Positions 37,468 through 44,982 of a stretch of 44,982 bases of DNA are shown here, in pieces (position 1 is the stretch's first letter; the number at the start of each line of letters is the position of its first letter). The notes below the pieces were generated by a model. The model made no database searches. It was not told the DNA's origin and was given only the letters and a program-made list of their open reading frames with translations. Origin of the DNA: Hyphochytrium catenoides. Lineage: Eukaryota; Protista; Hyphochytriomycota. The translations under genes were made by a program, and so were the position numbers. The stretch is taken from positions 1 through 44,982 of the forward strand of contig FLMG01004533.1 of the NCBI GenBank assembly GCA_900088475.1, written 5' to 3'.

Positions 37468-37999
37468 GATGGCTTGTGGTGGTAGTGTTGGTAGGGCCTT
37501 CAGACTCCTGTCTGTCACTCCTCACACAGACCCTCTTCCCGCCCTCGCCTACCTCCTGTCTGCCTTCCGTCGAATCTTCACAGCTGGCGGCGTGATAACC
37601 ACAAATGCTGCCCTTAGGTATTATTAGCAGGCTGGGGCGGCGAACGATTAGGTGGTCATGAGGTATTGTACTCTTACCTTAATGGCTCGGGTGGTCCTAG
37701 ATTAGGGATGGGTTAGAGTGGATTGTCACTTCAGGGTTTTGGGACATGAACCGAGAACGATACAGAGCGCGCTAGAGATGGGGTCGATGCTATTTTTACA
37801 GCAAGGGAGGGTCAAGACAGAGCGAAACCGAGGTGAGTGTTTAGGAAGATAAACTCCCGACAGATAATAGGGCAAGGAAGTCTCGAGGCAGCTCGCCTGA
37901 TCTGCGCTGCTCCCACCCGCTTGCTGTCATCCCACAGTATCTAAAGGGGAGAGAGGGGAGAGCAGGTCCTCAGACCTCACAGTCTGTGGACAGCAGGCA

Positions 38000-38125
38000 A
38001 TGATTGAACTTCATCCAAACCTCACACAGTACACCACTGTACGCCGTTCATTCCCTCATTTCCCCAAGAGCTTCAATATCTCCGTCGCGCTTGACAAGCC
38101 AACTGAGATCACTCCCTCTTTTTGA
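38000..38125 (+). other. 41-codon upstream ORF in frame with MAT
   Basis: ATG at 38000 reads MIELHPNLTQYTTVRRSFPHFPKSFNISVALDKPTEITPSF to TGA at 38123-38125. The MAT ATG at 38153 is in the same frame. Confidence 0.4.
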
Positions 38126-38152
38126 GCTCTTGCTCCGACTATTTCAACAACC

Positions 38153-39319
38153 ATGACTTTTGAAGACAGAGTTTTCCTCTTCACCTCTGAGTCCGTCAAT
38201 GAGGGACATCCAGACAAGATCTGTGACCAGGTCTCAGATGCCGTCCTCGATGCATGCATTGCCCAGGACCCAGATTCCCGCGTTGCCTGCGAGACCTGCA
38301 CCAAGACTGGTATGGTTATGATCTTCGGTGAGATCACCACCAAGGCCACCGTCAACTATGAGCAGGTCATCCGCGATGCAATCAAGGAGATTGGATACGA
38401 TGATGTTGCTAAGGGTCTCGACTACAGAACCTGCAACGTCATTGTCGCTATTGAGGAGCAGAGCCCTGATATCTCTCAAGCTGTAACCTCTAAGAAGGTT
38501 GAGGATATCGGTGCTGGCGACCAGGGTATCATGTTTGGTTATGCTTCCGATGAGACGGAGACTTTCATGCCTCTCTCCCATCAGCTGGCCACTAGCCTTG
38601 GCTCCCGCCTCACTGAGGTCCGCAAGAAGGGCATTTGCTCTTGGGTGCGCCCTGATGGCAAGACCCAGGTCACAGTTGAATACAAGAGCGAGAAGGGCGC
38701 CATGGTCCCAGTTCGCGTACATACAGTTGTTATCTCTACCCAGCATTCCCCAGAAGTTACCCAGGAGCAGATTGCTGCAGACCTTATTGAGCACGTAGTG
38801 AAGCATGTCATCCCTGCAAAGTACCTCGACGACAAGACGATCTACCACATGAACCCATCTGGCCGCTTTATCATTGGTGGACCTCATGGTGATGCTGGTC
38901 TGACTGGTCGCAAGATTATCATTGACACCTACGGTGGATGGGGTGCTCACGGTGGGGGAGCCTTCTCTGGCAAGGACACCACCAAGGTGGACCGTTCTGC
39001 TGCTTATGCTGCTCGTTGGGTTGCCAAGTCCCTCGTGGCTGCTAAGCTTGCTAGGAGAGTCATTGTGCAGCTCTCATACGCTATTGGTATCCCATACCCT
39101 CTTTCTGTATATGTAGACTCCTACGGCACCGTGCAGAACGGACTTACGGACAACGACCTTGTAGAGATCGTCAACAAGAACTTCGACCTTCGCCCAGGTT
39201 GCATCATCCGCGACCTTGACCTTAAGAGACCAGTCATGAGAAAGACTGCTGCCTACGGCCATTTCGGCCGCGAGGACCCAGATTTCACCTGGGAGACCGT
39301 TAAGACCCTTAACTATTAG
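38153..39319 (+). CDS. MAT: S-adenosylmethionine synthetase (canonical MAT type), intronless CDS, 388 aa
   Basis: Motifs '[20 protein letters not shown]', 'GAGDQG', 'RPDGKTQV', '[15 protein letters not shown]', 'GGGAFSGKD', 'TAAYGHFGR'. Confidence 0.99.
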   Translation: MTFEDRVFLFTSESVNEGHPDKICDQVSDAVLDACIAQDPDSRVACETCTKTGMVMIFGEITTKATVNYEQVIRDAIKEIGYDDVAKGLDYRTCNVIVAIEEQSPDISQAVTSKKVEDIGAGDQGIMFGYASDETETFMPLSHQLATSLGSRLTEVRKKGICSWVRPDGKTQVTVEYKSEKGAMVPVRVHTVVISTQHSPEVTQEQIAADLIEHVVKHVIPAKYLDDKTIYHMNPSGRFIIGGPHGDAGLTGRKIIIDTYGGWGAHGGGAFSGKDTTKVDRSAAYAARWVAKSLVAAKLARRVIVQLSYAIGIPYPLSVYVDSYGTVQNGLTDNDLVEIVNKNFDLRPGCIIRDLDLKRPVMRKTAAYGHFGREDPDFTWETVKTLNY

Positions 39320-40016
39320 GCGTGGTGAGCTTTAATGTAGTTAGTATGCCAGAGACACGGCGGTGCACTTCCGCCCACACCCCTCGACCTCAGATCGATG
39401 GTTCGTCCTGTAGAGACCAACTGAGTAGCTGTGTCGACAGGTGCGGGTCTGTCCGCTTGCTAGTTTCAATGTTGCATGCCATGACATTGCACCAAAAGAG
39501 GAAAAACTCTGAGGTCCAAAGTAAGGCATCCAACATATGTTCCTGTTATACTAAGTCAATATATAGCACTCCCGCAGCTTTTCGCTTTCCAATGAAGTCT
39601 GCGCTTGCTCATCATAAGTCTCTTGCCTGTTCCTCGCCATGAGCCATAGAAAAGAAAGTTTATGGACATATGACGGTGGCTCTCTTTAGGACCCCAACAC
39701 GATCATCACCTCTTCCTAGTGATTAGCTTTTTTAATTGACCTAGCACGGCCAAGCCATGTTGACAAAAAGCGTAGCGATTATGCATTTGCGACCTGACGA
39801 CCATATCTTATAAGGTAGGGCTGGAACAGTCCAGTGAGTTGATCGCAGCTTTTTACCTTTCTGATATGGTCTGAGCTCATCTCATAAAGTCTCAATGGTC
39901 CAACCCCTGCGCTCAAGGGCCATAAGCCAACGATAAGAAAGTCCGAGGACATAGGAGTTCAGCTTTAGTGGGTTTTCTAGTAATTAGCCAGAGCTTGCGG
40001 CATAAAGCGGTAGGGT

Positions 40017-41594
40017 TTATTGATTGGCATCCTGACGACCATATATCATCAGGTAGGACTCAGACAATCCGATGAGTTGAGGAAGTGTCTCTCTGACGTG
40101 CAAATCCTGTATCTCATACCATTGGTTGGTCGCCTTGTTAAAGACGTGGATGCGGTAGTTCCCACCCTGCAGTGGATCCGTATTTGCTTCTTTCCCAATG
40201 GTGGTAGGGCTGTCATGGCATATGTTGGCTACCAAGTCATACTTCGTGGAGGCAGAAGTGGTGATGAAAGAGCGAAGTTTTTCCTCTAAATCTGCCTTCT
40301 CCAAGCAGCCCTCCGTGCTGACACCCTTCTCATTGAGAAGGGTCCGGAGTTCTGCAATGCTAAGAGATGAGACTTCTTCCAAAGGAGGCAGCTTTGACTT
40401 TGCGTCAGAAAAGAGATAGTCCCGAAGCTCGAAGTTCTTGATAGGGAAGTTGACAATAGTTGGATTCTTCTCTGTGAAGAAGTTATTCTTGGTAAAGCGT
40501 TTGAGATGCAGCACCAGGTACTTTGGTAGAGAGCGTAGTCGGTAACGCTTGCGGTGTCTGACTCCGGCCCTCAACTCATCCGTTATATGCTCGCCGTCAA
40601 ACTTCTTCAGGACTTCAAACAGTGGGATCTGGGGGATAATATTTCCGCCTTGAGAATCCTTGAATAACGGCGTCGCTGGTAGATCTAAGCTCAGGTGCAT
40701 GAACGGCACGCGAGCTGAGCTCCATTTTTTTGAGGTTGCAGGGTCTTCTACAATATGCTCGTTGGCAAAAGTGGTGCTGTTCTTTTCATCCAGCTCCGTC
40801 AGAACCTCCACTTCTCCCTGGAAGACCTCATGGATAATACTACTGCCGGCTTTCTTTGTGCCCCCGATGCCTTGGTGGATGTAGTTGAGGAGCCACGTCA
40901 TAAGATGGATGACTTCATTCTGTTCTCCTATCTTGAAACGCCTACCACTAGCCACCGTGATTTCCTCCACCAGCTCATGCGGACTAACAGTGCTCTTGAA
41001 GTTACCTGGGCTCCACAGCTTCCTTATGATCTCCCCGAACTTGACAACACAGGGAGGAGTTGTTGTTTTCTCATAGTTCTCGGGAACCAAGAAGTAGTTA
41101 CGAAGGGGAATAACATGCGCTAAGGCCTGTATGGTCACGTTGACGAAATCCGTGTTCTTCAAGTTGTTGAGCCCAACAAATCCTGGGAGGTATGCCACCC
41201 CGAACACGTCGTGAGCCAGATTCTTGTTGGCTGACAGCTTCGATATCTGGTCAGAGGTAAAGGTTGGTCGCAATGCTTTCCTGATATCGTCCAGAGAGGA
41301 GTCGATGACCTCGTAGTTGTCAGGCAAACAGTAAATCTTGCCATTATGCATGTTGATAAAGACATGATGGCTTGCATCCACAGAGTGTGTATAGGCGTGG
41401 GTGTTTCTCCCTCGGCCTTGGAAGAGCTTGCCGCAGACAAGGCACATGTAGATGTTCTGATTTGAAAGAGTTATAGAACAAATCTTTTCCAGGTCAAAGT
41501 CCAGCATGTGACGATTAACTGTATCCAGGTACGGACATTTTCTTCGTCTGTCCTTGTCATGGGCAACGTCGGTTCCATCAATGGCGCGCTTCAT
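40017..41594 (-). CDS. USP39: U4/U6.U5 tri-snRNP-associated protein 2 (USP39/Sad1), intronless, 525 aa
   Basis: 'CPYLDTVNRHMLDFDLEKICSITLSNQNIYMCLVCGKLFQGRG' (ZnF-UBP), 'YLPGFVGLNNLKNTDFVNV' (catalytic Cys replaced by Asp, normal for this family), 'KRFTKNNFFTEKNPTIVNFP', 'WYEIQDLHV'. Confidence 0.97.
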   Translation of the reverse strand: MKRAIDGTDVAHDKDRRRKCPYLDTVNRHMLDFDLEKICSITLSNQNIYMCLVCGKLFQGRGRNTHAYTHSVDASHHVFINMHNGKIYCLPDNYEVIDSSLDDIRKALRPTFTSDQISKLSANKNLAHDVFGVAYLPGFVGLNNLKNTDFVNVTIQALAHVIPLRNYFLVPENYEKTTTPPCVVKFGEIIRKLWSPGNFKSTVSPHELVEEITVASGRRFKIGEQNEVIHLMTWLLNYIHQGIGGTKKAGSSIIHEVFQGEVEVLTELDEKNSTTFANEHIVEDPATSKKWSSARVPFMHLSLDLPATPLFKDSQGGNIIPQIPLFEVLKKFDGEHITDELRAGVRHRKRYRLRSLPKYLVLHLKRFTKNNFFTEKNPTIVNFPIKNFELRDYLFSDAKSKLPPLEEVSSLSIAELRTLLNEKGVSTEGCLEKADLEEKLRSFITTSASTKYDLVANICHDSPTTIGKEANTDPLQGGNYRIHVFNKATNQWYEIQDLHVRETLPQLIGLSESYLMIYGRQDANQ

Positions 41595-44500
41595 GGTCTA
41601 CGCGTCTATGATAGGCCCGTGGTCTGATATTGGAACCAGAGATCTTGGAACAAGGAGGGCACGTCACTCGGACTCCGTCCGTATAGGAACCTAACCCACA
41701 AGTGATGAGGTGGATGTGGTCTGGAGAAATCTAATAGGCGAGCTCTGCACTCTTCCCGATAAGACACAGAATGGAAGACATCGAAAAGAATCAGTGTTCG
41801 TGCGGCGGTTGCTTGCAGCTCAAGCAATCTCTTGGTCGCACCAGGGGTAGTTCAAACTCTCTAGTCCAGTCTCTAGAGTGTCTCTGGTCTCAAGAAGCTT
41901 GGAGAGGTGTGAGAGCTCTGTCTGCTGAGTTGCCCACGATCACAAGATCCTCTCCTGGGGAGGCTCTGGAATGCAGCTCTTTGTGGGGGAGGTGGGGAGG
42001 TTAACTATGGCGTTGTGGGATGCAACGTGCCCTCCTCCGTCACTACCTGAAGAGAAAGAAAAGAAGAAATGACCACGTTTGCCGCTTGGGAGGGCTTCCT
42101 CTACTTGTACACCTGACGAGCAAGTGATGGTGACGACAACCTCATTGTCCCCACGTCTGTGGAGTATCAGTCTACCGCGCCTTCAAGTTCCTACAAGCTG
42201 GTCTTGGGAAGGTAAATCGTGAGCAACAGAGCTGCTCTAAAGGAACCGACAAATGAGGATAAGTTATCTAGCTTCAACTGCAAGAAAGAATGAGAATAAG
42301 GGTTAGACAGGAGAAGTGAAAGGCAGGCAAAGACCTCCAAATAACTCTGGCGGCCAAGTTCAGCCGAAGAGTTTGTGGTTAGGGAGAAAGCTTAGTTGGA
42401 ACAAAGTAGCCTTGGAAGGGATAAAAAATGACGCTAGAGAAAGCAAGGGTCGCCCTTCGTCAGTACCAATCTCCATCATCAAGCCCTCGGTGGGATTCAA
42501 TGCCGTGTGCGCGTTATCCTGACAAAGACGCTTGACTCTTCCTCAGCGCCATATAAGAGGATGATGCAACAGAGCTTCTCCTTTCTCTATTATGGCGGCT
42601 TTGGCCCTGTGGGCTAAGAAACACGTCGTCATTGCTGCTTATATTATCACTAGGAACAAAAAAAGATAAGAGTTTACATTATCAACCTCGGCTAACATGA
42701 TCTTTATCTAAAAAGCATCGTCCCCTCGACGAGGAGCAGAGGAGGATCCCGACCTACTGGCACCGTAGAGTAGGACCGCTTCTCGGTTCGGCCTTGATGG
42801 TGCACGTGTCGGTAGGCGTCATCTCGTTTCTCAACAGGACGTTGCTACTAATAATACAGCTAAGGTTGCTCAGAACCTCTGCCAGTGTTTGATAGCAGAT
42901 AGGAGAGCACTATGTCGGACCTCCGCCTCTATATTCTGAAATCCTCAGCTCCCAGGTGTCACATCTCACCCATTTCGTCCCCGAGGAACTTCCATCTGCT
43001 CCTGGAACGTCCTCATTCATATCTTTCTGATTGTGGCACCTTTCCAGGTAATGATCGCGAGATCCAACAATAAACTATAAGACCGCGATAAGCACAATGA
43101 TGACAATGCGGGCGGGCGGCGTGGGGCTCTTGAGCTAACTACTCTTTCTTCTTGTTAGATCTGGTGAAAGAGATAAGGTTATTCTTCTTAAAGCATGATG
43201 GTTCAAAACAAGCTTCCTGGTGTGAGTTAGTTGCATGGTCAAGATCCTTACCATTCAACGGACCAGGAAAACTTTCTTGTGAAGAGTTAGTTAGACGGAG
43301 CTAGGCATGGAGCGGAACAACCCATTCTGCAGCCGCGCAAAACTCATTAACATACCCTCTTCAGACTACTAATGATCATAATACTTGCCACAGCATGCTT
43401 CTTTTCATTGCGCCAAAGAAGAAAGACAAAGCAGAGGACAATTCCTCCTCCTCGGGGTCACCGCTCTTATCCGCACCAAAAAGTCAGCATATAATGAAAG
43501 AACAGACCAATTATCATCCCTATAATCAAAAGGCCGTCACATCCTACTACCATCGAAGGCCTTGCCAGACAAGAGATGGAGAGGACACTAACGTCAAAGA
43601 AAACAGGGAATGAGCCACATGAATGTGCCTGGTGCTTCGACAGGTTGCAGGTCCCGGCACGTCATCACATCCAGTACTCAACAGCAAAGGTTTGACATTG
43701 TCGTTCATTATGGGTTTGCTCAAAGGAGACCTGACATGGCGGACACCACTTGCTCTGGCGCCTTCTTCTTCTTCTTCAGAACAGGTTCTTGAGACCATGA
43801 TGAATAATATCATACTCAGCAACAAGCTCATTCAAGAGGCCTTTCTGTTTATTGCTCTAGGGCCCACGAGAGGCTTGGTAAAATCTAAACCAGCAGACGC
43901 ACGTCTATTGTCCGGTCTAATAATATGTTAGAAGGATCTGATGTGCTTGCTGACCTGCTGGTCTCTAGAACCTTCTCGTGTTAGAATGAGCCTGTCACTC
44001 AGAGCTCAGAAAAAAGGTCACTAAATATGTTCTTTTATTATGATCAGCTCTTATCATCAGCTCTCTCAATGCACGGGATGCACAAACGTCCATCCGTTCT
44101 GCACAAGTCTCGAGCCACTACTACTGTAGTGATACTGCCATTATTATGGATTACTCTACGACTACCCTATCACACATACTATCGTACAATCGAGAGCTTT
44201 GCCTTCGCCGCTCTTCTGGTGCGTTGTCCTCGTGTAGACAATCGCAACCTTAATCTTTTAACGCTCGGCTAATAGTCTCGCTGGCACAGGGAATTGGGAG
44301 CTTGCATGATGGCGGGCTATTGCATAGTAACGGGACAGAGCGCAGAAACAGTAGTTCCAGAGACCTGAGGAAGAAGGGACTCATACATCATAAGTGGAGT
44401 TCGTGCATTGCCATGTGATGTGTGCAGGATGTGTGCCAACTTTCGTGCGTCTCAATCTGTGTCTTCTGTCGGTCAGTATTCTAGGGCTCTTCTGTCTTCT

Positions 44501-44982
44501 GATGACCTGGAAAGAATGTGAAATTCCAGAGCAAGTCGTGACGCTGTCGCGCTTTCAACCACTAATAGAATCCATCTCTGATTCTGGACCATGAAATACC
44601 AGCAGCGCGTGCAGCGCGCGTGTGGCCAGGGTCATTCCGTTGCCAGAATCATCATAACAAGAAACAGTAGAACCTGCCCGCTCCTCCACCACAAAGATTC
44701 CACCGTTTGTATCTTAGGCTGTGCTCTTGGGGCGTGCGGCTTTTCTGGTCCCAGAAATGCCTGTGCTAAGCCTTCCATGATCAAGTAGAAGTAGTAATAC
44801 CTAGACAGGTTGTAAAGAACAGCAGGAGTCTACTACTACTATGATCGGTATGAACTTTGTGATCTTTTGATGGCAACAATGGCAGTCTATTCCTGGCGTG
44901 CAAACGACTTGTACCAGAGGATAGGACAGGTGGGGGTTTTAGGACGCACCATCTAGAAATCTTAGGGACCTGAACACTGGGC

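Noticed and set aside
37700-37860. A U6 snRNA gene or pseudogene, or a bacterial-type SAM riboswitch
   Set aside because: The U6 match is limited to 13 nt (no AAGATTAGCATGGCCCC continuation), and no SAM-I/II consensus is recognisable.
38234-38950. Long antisense ORFs over MAT (also over the ARM, DUF4246 and DDX54 genes)
   Set aside because: These are shadow ORFs produced by codon bias on the coding strand.
41130-41190. Missing catalytic cysteine in the USP domain
   Set aside because: This is a known property of USP39/Sad1 proteins.
38153-41594. Functional link between adjacent MAT and the spliceosomal USP39
   Set aside because: Gene adjacency in a eukaryote is weak evidence without conserved synteny.

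Overview
This is eukaryotic nuclear DNA with GT-AG introns and CTAAC/CTGAC-type branch points. The flavour of the MAT, ACS, PX and CCT proteins suggests a stramenopile-like protist (inference). I could assemble 12 protein-coding genes by hand. In order: TauE/SafE membrane protein; acetyl-CoA synthetase; a 12-exon protein with about 7 tandem Tudor/Agenet-like barrels fused to about 8 TM helices; DDX54/DBP10 helicase; EF-hand protein; Lines (LINS1) homolog; PX-like protein; an ARM-repeat + SPRY + DUF4246 fusion; BART/ARL2BP-like protein; CCT-domain protein; S-adenosylmethionine synthetase (MAT); and USP39/Sad1. The most notable non-coding signal is the ~650-nt region upstream of MAT. It holds a 13-nt exact copy of the U6 snRNA segment that METTL16 methylates (GAACGATACAGAG), two in-frame UACAG candidate 3' splice sites, a candidate micro-exon, and uORFs whose length depends on splicing. 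This suggests, without proving, SAM-responsive splicing or translation control. All gene models and domain calls come from reading the sequence; no database search was run.
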